Below, piece after piece: positions 1 through 8,030 of a DNA stretch of 28,982 nt. Made by a program: the position numbers and the translations under genes. The stretch covers positions 1-28,982 of the forward strand of contig CAXXSM010000102.1 in assembly GCA_963663405.2 (NCBI GenBank). The letters are read 5' to 3'. Under the pieces are notes generated by a model, which saw nothing but the letters and a program-made list of their open reading frames with translations, had not been told where the DNA came from and ran no database searches. Positions within the stretch are counted from its first letter, which is position 1. Each line of letters opens with the position of its first letter. Origin of the DNA: a bacterium (lineage in GTDB: Bacteria; Hinthialibacterota; Hinthialibacteria; Hinthialibacterales; Hinthialibacteraceae).

Positions 1-67
1 GAGTCAATCATCAATATGCGCCACGCTTGCAACAAAACTAGAATACCGAATCGATTAATCATAAGCG

Positions 68-91
68 GTGGGTCGATAAAGCGCGACCCAC
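68..91. repeat. Short palindrome GTGGGTCG-N8-CGACCCAC (REP-like hairpin or terminator of the TPR gene)
   Basis: Perfect 8-bp arms at 68-75 and 84-91, about 55 bp downstream of the minus-strand gene ending at 146; no clear U-tract. Confidence 0.45.
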
Positions 92-145
92 ACTCATGCT
101 TTCTTTCACTTTCCCACTTGGCGGATTGATAAAACGTAACTCATC

Positions 146-817
146 TTACATGGCTTTTTCTACTTCCGCCGATTCACTGGCAGGAGACGCGGCGCTGTTT
201 TCCGCTGGATTGCTTTTCTCTCGTTCGACGCCGCACGCCACACACTTTTCCACTTCTTTCACTTGGGCGAATAGGATTAATCCGTATATTAAGGCAGGCG
301 CGCCGAGGAGAAAACCGAAGAGTGTCAAAACTGACATCATCAACATCATCAAACCGGATAGAAACAGGCCGATGGTGAGCAGCGGGGAATAGCGGGGCTT
401 TTTGACGGTGTTGATCTTTCCCCCACATGCAGCGCAGCGGGTGGGATCTTTCTCTTGTTCCACAGGATCATTATCGTTCGGATTGTCTTTCGGGAGGGAT
501 TGCTCGTCTACGAATTGATTTTCGCCCGCGAGCATTCGCTGGAAGTGGATGTCCTCCTGCAGGGCTTCAAATTCCGCGTCCTCTTTTGCCCATTTCGCGC
601 AATCCGGATCGTTTTCAATCGCCCGGTCTAAGTAGATCAGCGCGTCTTCACGGGCGCCTTCGGCGGCCAGACAGGCCGCCAGATTGTAAAGCGCTTCAGA
701 AAACTCCGGCGCCTCGCGGATCGCGTCGAAGAAGCAATCTTTCGCTTGCTCGTAATTTCGTTCTTGGAAATAGTTCAATCCATTTTCGAAATGTTTTTTC
801 GCAGCTGTTTTCGCCAT
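146..817 (-). CDS. TPR-repeat protein with C-terminal CxxC-hydrophobic hairpin-CxxC membrane module
   Basis: TPR helices (HFENGLNYFQERNYEQAKDCF; ALYNLAACLAAEGAREDALIYLDRAI), acidic linker, CAACG, about 40 hydrophobic residues, CVACG. ATG at 817 follows GGGGAGAGAGG, preferred over the ORF-track start at 832. Confidence 0.8.
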   Translation of the reverse strand: MAKTAAKKHFENGLNYFQERNYEQAKDCFFDAIREAPEFSEALYNLAACLAAEGAREDALIYLDRAIENDPDCAKWAKEDAEFEALQEDIHFQRMLAGENQFVDEQSLPKDNPNDNDPVEQEKDPTRCAACGGKINTVKKPRYSPLLTIGLFLSGLMMLMMSVLTLFGFLLGAPALIYGLILFAQVKEVEKCVACGVEREKSNPAENSAASPASESAEVEKAM

Positions 818-1017
818 CCTCTCTCCCCCCAAGTGGTCTTCGTATGGCTAATGCATAACATATATAAACATAGAATAATATTCGGAAACTTGATTTAGCT
901 TAAATCTGACTGGAGTTTCCAAAGAATTCCAGTACTCTTATATAACCTAACTGCCAACTTACAGGAAAAGAGATTGATACGCAATGGATGGATTCATTAT
1001 TTGGACGGGAGAGAAAG

Positions 1018-2022
1018 ATGAATGGGTGTGAACTGCGCGAATTGAAATTGCGTGACCCTTTTGGGATCGCCCGTGGAACGAAACGGTCGGTCCGAAATCT
1101 TTTCCTCCGGATCGGTGAAGGCTGGGGTGAAGGCGCGGTAGTGGATTATAAAGGGCAAAAGTCCGAAGAGATGCTGGAAATCGCGAACGAATGGCTGGCG
1201 GATGAGCCCGATCTATCTAAATCCATCGCAGAAACAATCTATGCGTTTCTCGAACGGTACCCAAATCAATCCGGCGTGGCGCAGGCGATCGATTTGGCGC
1301 TGCATGACGCCTGGGGGAAAGCGGAGGGGAAGCCGCTGGATCAATTGTGGGGGCTTCCTCGTGAGAAGGCGCCTCTCTCGTCGTTCACGATTGGGATGGA
1401 TACGCTCGATGTGGTGATGGAGAAAACACGGCGGGCGGAACGCTATCCCATCTTGAAAGTGAAAGTGGGCGGCGAAAATGATTTACACGTTCTTCAAGCG
1501 ATTTCAGAAGAAACATCAAAACCGCTCTACATCGACGCGAATGAAGGCTGGTCTCTCGAACAAGCCTTGGATTTTCTCCCCCGCCTGCGGGATTTTGGCG
1601 TCCAGCTGATCGAACAACCGCTCCCCCGCGCCGATTTGGAAGGCTACGAACAACTGCGCGAAAAAAACAATTCCGGTATCCCCATCATCATCGATGAAGG
1701 CGTCCAAGGTCCGGACGACGTAGCCCAATGGCAAGGCCGGGCCGATGGAATCAACATCAAACTCGCCAAATGCGGGGGCCTTTCCCGCGCCCGTGAAACC
1801 ATCGAACAAGCCCGCCATCACAACCTGAAAGTCATGATCGGCTGCATGACCGAAAGTTCTCTTGGAATCACCACCGCCGCGCATCTTCGTTCTCTCGTGG
1901 ATTTCGCGGATCTGGATGGAGCGGAATTGATCTCGAACGATCCGTTTGTGGGAATGCGGATGGAACAGGGGCGGATGGTCATGCCTGAGGGGGATGGGAT
2001 AGGGGTAATCTGGAGGGAATAA
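1018..2022 (+). CDS. Dipeptide (L-Ala-D/L-Glu) epimerase, enolase superfamily
   Basis: PF.IARG N-terminus, KVKVG (KxK), DANEGW, EQP, DEG, NIKLAKCGG, GCMTES and terminal DLDG motif. ATG 1018 follows GGGAGAGAAAG; alternative start 988. Confidence 0.9.
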   Translation: MNGCELRELKLRDPFGIARGTKRSVRNLFLRIGEGWGEGAVVDYKGQKSEEMLEIANEWLADEPDLSKSIAETIYAFLERYPNQSGVAQAIDLALHDAWGKAEGKPLDQLWGLPREKAPLSSFTIGMDTLDVVMEKTRRAERYPILKVKVGGENDLHVLQAISEETSKPLYIDANEGWSLEQALDFLPRLRDFGVQLIEQPLPRADLEGYEQLREKNNSGIPIIIDEGVQGPDDVAQWQGRADGINIKLAKCGGLSRARETIEQARHHNLKVMIGCMTESSLGITTAAHLRSLVDFADLDGAELISNDPFVGMRMEQGRMVMPEGDGIGVIWRE

Positions 2023-2086
2023 AAACATATGTTTATTCGGCAATTGAGTATTATTCGTTATTACGCTCTTTTTGCAAGATGGCGTA

Positions 2087-2178
2087 ATTGTCTGAACCCT
2101 GATTCGAAAGATTAAAAGATTTCCATGATTAAAAATCAAGAAAATCAAGTGAATCAAGAAAATCAAGGTTCAGACAAT
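2087..2178. repeat. Palindromic intergenic repeat, TTGTCTGAA family, complete copy
   Basis: ATTGTCTGAACCCTGATT ... AATCAAGGTTCAGACAAT (17/18 inverted) enclosing GATT units on the left and 9-nt AAATCAAG units on the right. Confidence 0.85.
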
Positions 2179-2239
2179 GAAAATCTTATATAGCAACGCA
2201 GGGATTCTTAATAAATTTGATTTATGAAATCAATTGAAT

Positions 2240-2277
2240 GAATGGCGGCCTTTGGAATCCGGCCGCCATTCGTTTTT
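2240..2277. terminator. Probable intrinsic terminator between convergent epimerase and symporter genes
   Basis: 11-bp perfect stem GAATGGCGGCC (2240-2250) / GGCCGCCATTC (2261-2271), followed by GTTTTT on the + strand. Confidence 0.7.
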
Positions 2278-2287
2278 GCTATCATTC

Positions 2288-4054
2288 TCATCCACTAAAG
2301 TAGATATACGCCGCCAGAATTGCTAAGAGCACCAAAACTGTCGCGGCGATGTCGCGTCCGTCCCAGCTGGATCGGGATTCCTGGCGGTGTTCGTCGGTGA
2401 CGGTCGCGTAGGTGAGGCCGCTGATGTCTTTGGTGTCCGAGGCGGTCCAATGACTCACGCCGATCATGATCGCCAAGCAGACAAGGAAGATGAAGAGGCT
2501 GTAATATTGGAAATAAAGGTTGTTGGCGATCCAGAGGAACGAGCCTTCGGTATAACCGTTTTCAAAACCTTTCATGTCGAGCGCGACCGGGGTGTCGATG
2601 GCGAGGCGGAAGAGACCGAGGAGGAATCCGATGATGAGGGTTGCGAGGCAGGCTTTGCTGTTAGCCTTTTTCATGAATACGCCGACGAAGAAGACGACGA
2701 AAATCGGCGGCGCCAAGTAGCCCTGCACTCCCTGCAGGTAATCGTATAATCCTTTCGCGCCTTGAATGACGGGCACCCAGCAGAGTCCAATGATAACCAT
2801 CACACCCGTGGCGATTCGCCCGATCCAGACGAGTTGGTGCTGGGAGGCGGTGGGGTGGAATTTAGAATAAAAGTCCATCGTGAAGAGGGTGGATGAAGCG
2901 TTGAACACGCCGGACAGGGAACTCATCAACGCCGCCAGTAAGCCGGCGACGACCAGTCCGCGGATGCCGACGGGCAGGATGTATTTAATTAGCAACGGCA
3001 GGGCCGCCTGACATTTTTCGTTGTCGAGTTGCCCCGTCGAATTATAGATCGCCTTGGCTAGGACGCTGTGTTCCCCGCTTTGGGCCAGCGCGAAGCAGAT
3101 CATACCGGGGATGATGAAGATGAAGACCGGCAGGAGTTTCAAGAACGCCGCGCAGATGCTGCCGCGCCGGGCCTGTTGTTCGTTGGGGGCGGCCAGGGCG
3201 CGTTGGACGATGTATTGGTCCGTGCACCAATACCAGAGTCCAATGATCGGCGCGCAGAACAGCATCCCCAGCCAGGGATAGTTTCCATTGAAGTACCAGG
3301 CCATGCGGCCTGCCTCTTTGACCGGTTCCCAGGTTCCTTCGACGCCTTTGGGCACGATCGGTTTCCACAGGTTGAACATATCCGAGCCGCAGATTTCCCG
3401 CAGCGCGCCCCACCCGCCCAGCGCCTGCAGGCCGAAATAAGTGACCAGCGCGGAACCGAGAACCAGGATGACGGTCTGGACCGCCTCGGTGTAGGCGACG
3501 GCCCGCAGGCCGCCTAGAACGGTGTAGATTCCGGTCAGGACGATTACAAGAATCGAGCCGATCCAGAAGCTATCTAACGTGACGAATCCTAAATTCAATT
3601 CGACGTCAGGCAGGAGCGTGCGGAACACGATTCCTCCCGCGAAGATGCCGACGGCGATTTTGGTCAACACATACGCGAATAATGAAATCACCGATAGGGT
3701 CAGGCGGGCGGTCGAGTCGAAACGCTTCTCGAGGAACTCCGGCATGGTGAAGACCTTCGAGCGGGCGTAGAACGGGACGAACACCCACGCCAGCACGAGC
3801 AGACACCACGCATGCAGTTCGTAATGAGCCATCGACACGCCGTCCGTACAGCCTGAGCCGGCCAATCCCACAAGGTGTTCCGAACCGATGTTCGACGCGA
3901 AGATCGAAGCGCCCACAATAAACCATCCCAAATCGCGGCCCGCGAGAAAATAGTCATCCGCCGTGTCTTTACTGCGGAGAATCACCCACCAGACCACCCC
4001 AAAAAGAATCGCAAAATACCCAACAATCACCAACCAGTCAAGAAGTTCCATCAT
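2288..4054 (-). CDS. Sodium:solute symporter (SSS/SLC5 family, SGLT-like sugar transporter)
   Basis: DYFLAGR, ASIFASNIGSEHLVGLAG, TMPEFLEKRF, GGLRAVAYTE, WYWCTDQYIVQRALAA, AALMSSL; many TM segments. ATG 4054 follows GGAAAGG. Confidence 0.95.
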   Translation of the reverse strand: MMELLDWLVIVGYFAILFGVVWWVILRSKDTADDYFLAGRDLGWFIVGASIFASNIGSEHLVGLAGSGCTDGVSMAHYELHAWCLLVLAWVFVPFYARSKVFTMPEFLEKRFDSTARLTLSVISLFAYVLTKIAVGIFAGGIVFRTLLPDVELNLGFVTLDSFWIGSILVIVLTGIYTVLGGLRAVAYTEAVQTVILVLGSALVTYFGLQALGGWGALREICGSDMFNLWKPIVPKGVEGTWEPVKEAGRMAWYFNGNYPWLGMLFCAPIIGLWYWCTDQYIVQRALAAPNEQQARRGSICAAFLKLLPVFIFIIPGMICFALAQSGEHSVLAKAIYNSTGQLDNEKCQAALPLLIKYILPVGIRGLVVAGLLAALMSSLSGVFNASSTLFTMDFYSKFHPTASQHQLVWIGRIATGVMVIIGLCWVPVIQGAKGLYDYLQGVQGYLAPPIFVVFFVGVFMKKANSKACLATLIIGFLLGLFRLAIDTPVALDMKGFENGYTEGSFLWIANNLYFQYYSLFIFLVCLAIMIGVSHWTASDTKDISGLTYATVTDEHRQESRSSWDGRDIAATVLVLLAILAAYIYFSG

Positions 4055-4209
4055 TACCGCCTTTCCAATAGATAAGAGTGTATACAACCGGAGAAGCGCG
4101 TTCTCTCCCCAAACACAACCAAGACGAAAATGTCCGGTCCAGAAACTCGATTATGGCCTAGGAATTTGATTTTGTCATGGTGCGGGGGAGGGGGGATAAA
4201 AAAGTTGAT

Positions 4210-4412
4210 TGTCTGAATCCCAAAAGCCCGGCGCAAGCGCCGGTTGATGGCCAAGATAAACAGGATGACCAGGATTCCGATATAGAAACTTCGGCTAAAT
4301 ATCCCAGCCAGCAAGAACAAAAAGCGCCGCAGGCGCAATCACCGGCGCTTGCGCCGGACATTTGCTTTTATCCTGATTATCCTGAAAATCCAGGACATCC
4401 AGATTCTGACAA
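4210..4412. repeat. Long nested copy of the TTGTCTGAA palindromic repeat
   Basis: TTGTCTGAATC ... GATTCTGACAA ends; right arm TATCCTGAT TATCCTGAA AATCCAGGA CATCCAGAT; inner perfect 17-bp inverted pair at 4228-4244 and 4341-4357. Confidence 0.8.
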
Positions 4413-4455
4413 ACAATCACTCTACAAAAAGGAAATCAAATCAGTAAGATAGAAT

Positions 4456-7400
4456 TCAGGACTTCTTTGGATGAGGATGGTTATATTCTTTCGTATGATC
4501 TTCACAAAGCCACAGATAATGACCTTCTGGAGTTAGGATTTTCTTTAGACCACCCCATATATGCTGTTTATCAAGTTTGTCTAAAATCTTATACAAAATA
4601 TTGACATCACTTTCCTTTATTTCGATGGGTCCAATGTCTTCATTTGTAATCTCTAAAAGGTCTTTTGAAAATCCTAATTCTTCATTCATATTTTCAAAAC
4701 TTCCAGTAAGCGATCCAGGTAATATTTTATTCAATGGAATTCCCTGTTTTCGTAAAAATAATGATAAATTATGAAAAAAACTTGGCTTATTCCCAAATGT
4801 ATAACATCCACTATCCCCTGCAGGATGCCAAAGACCTGGCATTTCGCAATAAAGTTGTAACTTTATACGCTCTCCAGAAAATTTGGAGTCTATTTTTACT
4901 GGGGCAGAAGGAATTAATGTAAACACTCGTGGGCAGGCAGTTTCAGGTTTTTTCTGTTCATCATTTGATTGTTTTAAAAATTCCCGTTGGGTTTGTTCGT
5001 TCCATTTATCTTTGTTTTCTTCCTCTATTAATTCTCCATCATCGATCAGCTTAATAGGATTCAAACCGAATAGTAGATCATGTATCTTCAGATCTTCTAT
5101 CGATTCTGGGCAACGGATTAATTCTTCTTCCGGCTTTTTCTCAACTTGTTTTAACAATTGTTCATATATAAATTCATGAGTACATGGTTTTCCGTGATGA
5201 CCTGGACAAGGAATCGTCCTTTTTACATCAATCCCAGGAAACCGATCCAATGTCAGATCAAGACCATCTTTAAGCAACGTGAAGAAATTCTGAGGATAAG
5301 GCCCTCGGACGATTAGAGTAAGACAGCGGTCGTGAGGAAAAGCCTGAACTAAACCCAAATGCGTATGTTTTTCATCATCAGCAAAAAGAGCGCCGAGACG
5401 CCAATGGTTACAAGTTGTAAAACGGTGGGAACGGGCGATAAACCAAGTAGGAATACCAGGAGGAATATTAGTATCGAGTTTGAACTTCATAGAGATCTGT
5501 TTCGCGTCTTTTTTAGTATTCCATAGCTTTAGGTAATCCGTTTTGGGTTCATAGGATAAGCGTTCAACGATAATACTTACAAATGGGTACAAATCTGGGA
5601 TACGATAAGAAAGATCGAATTTCTCCATAAAATATAGAAATTGGTTTTGAAGCCAAGAACCGATCTCATTCCATACCGCATCTGCGTGTTCCCGTTTAAA
5701 AATTCCATCATCGCCGATATCCTCGCAGTCTAGTACTTTAAATATATTTTTCGTCATCCATTCCGGATTGAGCACAACAGTTTCTTTGAGCCGATTGTCT
5801 TTTTGAAAATAGAGAATAACGCCTAAATCGTGCAGCAATTCCGCTAAGAAAGGAATATCGTTTTCTTCGACTTCGTTGTCCAGTAAAATTTTATTGAACT
5901 CATTGGGAGAGATGTAATCATCTGCATGTGCGTCTACTGCATCCATCGCATTAAGCCAAGTTGCTGGCCAAGTCTCCCCCATTAGTGGAAGTTTAGCAGC
6001 TGCATACGCAATAGCATTGCGCAGTTCTTCAATCCCCGTCTTTTCTAAGTTACTGACTTCCCAACTACCAACGATCTGAGGATACTTGTATTTTAAATCA
6101 GTCAATGGAAAATCAGCCGGATGTTGATCAATATGCGTAGCGACAAGAAGAATCGGTGACTTCGGCGCCCGTGAGTGAATGTTATCGAGCCAATATTCCA
6201 GTTTACTTTGTTCGTAACCAACACGAGCATTCCAAACAAGAATATAAAGCGAACGCTCAGTCAAAAAGAATTGATGAGTCGCATGATAAATCTGCTGCCC
6301 ACCAAAATCCCAGGTCTTGAGTTCCATCGTGATATCGTTTTTTTCTGGATGCGGGAGTTCAAGCGTCTCTTGAAGAATCCCATGTGTCTTATCCTCTTTC
6401 GGATCAAACTTTTCACCCTTCAATACCTTCACTAAAGAAGTCTTCCCAACCCCCCCTTCCCCAACCAGAAGCATTTTAGAAATCCACTGTTCTTCTTTAG
6501 CCTCTTCCATCTCCCTCAAAAACGCCAAAACCGCTTTCACCCCTTGCTTAACAATCTCCGGCGGCGGCGATGTAAGTGGATTATCACTTAGAACCAACTC
6601 CTTCAGTTGGGTTAATTGGCCGAGTTCGGGGGGCAGCGCGCTCAGTTGATTGTTCTGCAAATACAAATTCTGCAGAGCGGTTAATTGGCTGAGTACGGGG
6701 GGCAGCGCGCTCAGTTGATTGTTACCTAGACTCAAAGTCTGCAGAGCGGTTAATTGGCCGAGTTCGGGGGGCAGCGCGCTCAGTTTGTTCCCATATAGAA
6801 CCAATTCCTTCAGTTGGGTTAATTGGCCGAGTTCGGGGGGCAGCGCGCTCAGTTGATTGTTCTGTAAATCCAAATTCTGCAGAGCGGTTAATTGGCCGAG
6901 TTCGGGGGGCAGCGCGCTCAGTTGATTGTTCTGTAAATCCAAATTCTGCAGAGCGGTTAATTGGCCGAGTTCGGGGGGCAGCGCGCTCAGTTTGTTCCTA
7001 TATAGAACCAACTCCTTCAGTTGGGTTAATTGGCCGAGTTCGGGGGGCAGCGCGCTCAGTTTGTTCCTATATAGAACCAACTCCTTCAGTTGGGTTAATT
7101 GGCCGAGTTCGGGGGGCAGCGCGCTCAGTTGATTGTTATATAAATGCAACTCCTTAAGTTGGGTTAATTGGCCGAGTTCGGGGGGCAGGGTGCTCAGTTG
7201 ATTGTTACGTAAATCCAAATTCTGCAGATTTGTTAATTGGCCGAGTTCGGAGGGCAGGGCGCTAAGTTGATTGCTATCTAAACGCAACGTCTGCAGATTT
7301 GTTAATTGGCCGAGTTCGGGGGGCAGGGCGCTCAGTTGATTGTTACGTAAATCCAAATTTTGCAGATTTGTTAATAGACCGAGTTTGGGGAGCAGGGCAC

Positions 7401-7845
7401 TAAGTTGATTGTTACGTAAATCCAAATTTTGCAGATTTGTTAATAGACCGAGTTCGGGGGGCAGGGCGCTCAGCTGGTTTCTATATAGATTCAACGTCTT
7501 CAGATTTGTTAATTGGCCGAGTTCGGGAGGCAGCGCGCTCAGTTGGTTCCCGCCACCTATTGGATCACCCAAGATCAATTTTTTTAATTTGGTCAGTTTA
7601 CCGAGTTCGGGGGGCAGGACGCTCAGTTGATTGTTACGTAAATCCAAATTCTGCAGATTTGTTAATTGGCCAAGTTCAGGGGGCAGGGTGCTCAGTTGAT
7701 TATTACTTAATCTCAAATACGTGAGTTGGGTTAATTGACCGAGTTCGGAGGGTAACTTCTCCAGTCTCATTCCCAATAAATCAAGTTTCGTCGCATTTTC
7801 TTCAATGGCCTTTTGGATCTTCTTCCGCGCATCCTCGTAACTCAT
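4456..7845 (-). CDS. Bacterial Roco protein: LRR array + Roc GTPase + COR + Cys/His-containing C-terminal tail (about 1129 aa)
   Basis: 17 LRRs (LxxLxxLxLxxNxLSALPPELGQ), P-loop GEGGVGKT, WDFGGQ, YHATHQFFLT, ATHID, COR motifs (LHDLGVILYF, VVLNPEW), tail WGGL..EGHYLWLCEDH. ATG 7845 follows GGGAGG. Confidence 0.93.
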   Translation of the reverse strand: MSYEDARKKIQKAIEENATKLDLLGMRLEKLPSELGQLTQLTYLRLSNNQLSTLPPELGQLTNLQNLDLRNNQLSVLPPELGKLTKLKKLILGDPIGGGNQLSALPPELGQLTNLKTLNLYRNQLSALPPELGLLTNLQNLDLRNNQLSALLPKLGLLTNLQNLDLRNNQLSALPPELGQLTNLQTLRLDSNQLSALPSELGQLTNLQNLDLRNNQLSTLPPELGQLTQLKELHLYNNQLSALPPELGQLTQLKELVLYRNKLSALPPELGQLTQLKELVLYRNKLSALPPELGQLTALQNLDLQNNQLSALPPELGQLTALQNLDLQNNQLSALPPELGQLTQLKELVLYGNKLSALPPELGQLTALQTLSLGNNQLSALPPVLSQLTALQNLYLQNNQLSALPPELGQLTQLKELVLSDNPLTSPPPEIVKQGVKAVLAFLREMEEAKEEQWISKMLLVGEGGVGKTSLVKVLKGEKFDPKEDKTHGILQETLELPHPEKNDITMELKTWDFGGQQIYHATHQFFLTERSLYILVWNARVGYEQSKLEYWLDNIHSRAPKSPILLVATHIDQHPADFPLTDLKYKYPQIVGSWEVSNLEKTGIEELRNAIAYAAAKLPLMGETWPATWLNAMDAVDAHADDYISPNEFNKILLDNEVEENDIPFLAELLHDLGVILYFQKDNRLKETVVLNPEWMTKNIFKVLDCEDIGDDGIFKREHADAVWNEIGSWLQNQFLYFMEKFDLSYRIPDLYPFVSIIVERLSYEPKTDYLKLWNTKKDAKQISMKFKLDTNIPPGIPTWFIARSHRFTTCNHWRLGALFADDEKHTHLGLVQAFPHDRCLTLIVRGPYPQNFFTLLKDGLDLTLDRFPGIDVKRTIPCPGHHGKPCTHEFIYEQLLKQVEKKPEEELIRCPESIEDLKIHDLLFGLNPIKLIDDGELIEEENKDKWNEQTQREFLKQSNDEQKKPETACPRVFTLIPSAPVKIDSKFSGERIKLQLYCEMPGLWHPAGDSGCYTFGNKPSFFHNLSLFLRKQGIPLNKILPGSLTGSFENMNEELGFSKDLLEITNEDIGPIEIKESDVNILYKILDKLDKQHIWGGLKKILTPEGHYLWLCEDHTKEYNHPHPKKS
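6547..7734 (-). repeat. Intragenic 69-bp tandem array, 17 units (one with a 15-bp insertion), encoding the LRRs
   Basis: Near-constant 36-nt block TTAATTGGCCGAGTTCGGGGGGCAGCGCGCTCAGTT (+ strand) alternates with a 33-nt variable block; 17x69+15=1188 bp. Confidence 0.95.
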
Positions 7846-7887
7846 CACAATCCTCCCATAGGACAGCGCCACGCAATAGCGGCTTAT

Positions 7888-7917
7888 AGGTTATCCGGGG
7901 GGGGGGGGCGATTTCAC
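7888..7917 (-). promoter_or_regulatory. Putative Roco promoter with a C12 homopolymer in the -35/-10 spacer
   Basis: Minus strand GTGAAA-tcg-C12-gga-TAACCT (18-nt spacer). The G12 run at 7897-7908 is seen directly; the promoter boxes are weak matches. Confidence 0.4.
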
Positions 7918-8030
7918 AGCTGAAAACGCAAGTGGATTGAATGAGCCCTCAAACACCCCACGCCATTCCTTAACAACACCCAGTTACCCACCATACCACA
8001 ATCAAACCAAACAAAACAAGGCGCCTCCTT

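Noticed and set aside
1-62. Possible minus-strand gene start (MINRFGILVLLQAWRILMID) running off the window
   Set aside because: Only 20 codons visible and no RBS; cannot be supported.
1516-2166. 216-aa minus-strand ORF
   Set aside because: Antisense shadow of the epimerase that starts in the repeat; no recognisable motifs.
4054-4452. Short ORFs 4177..4452, 4054..4338 and 4158..4361
   Set aside because: They overlie the palindromic repeat; periodic peptides such as YPDYPENPGHPDSD come from the 9-nt DNA units.
6547-7734. CRISPR-like pattern: 36-nt repeat with 33-nt spacers
   Set aside because: The period is exactly 23 codons within an open LRR frame, the spacers are homologous or duplicated, and there is no leader or cas gene.
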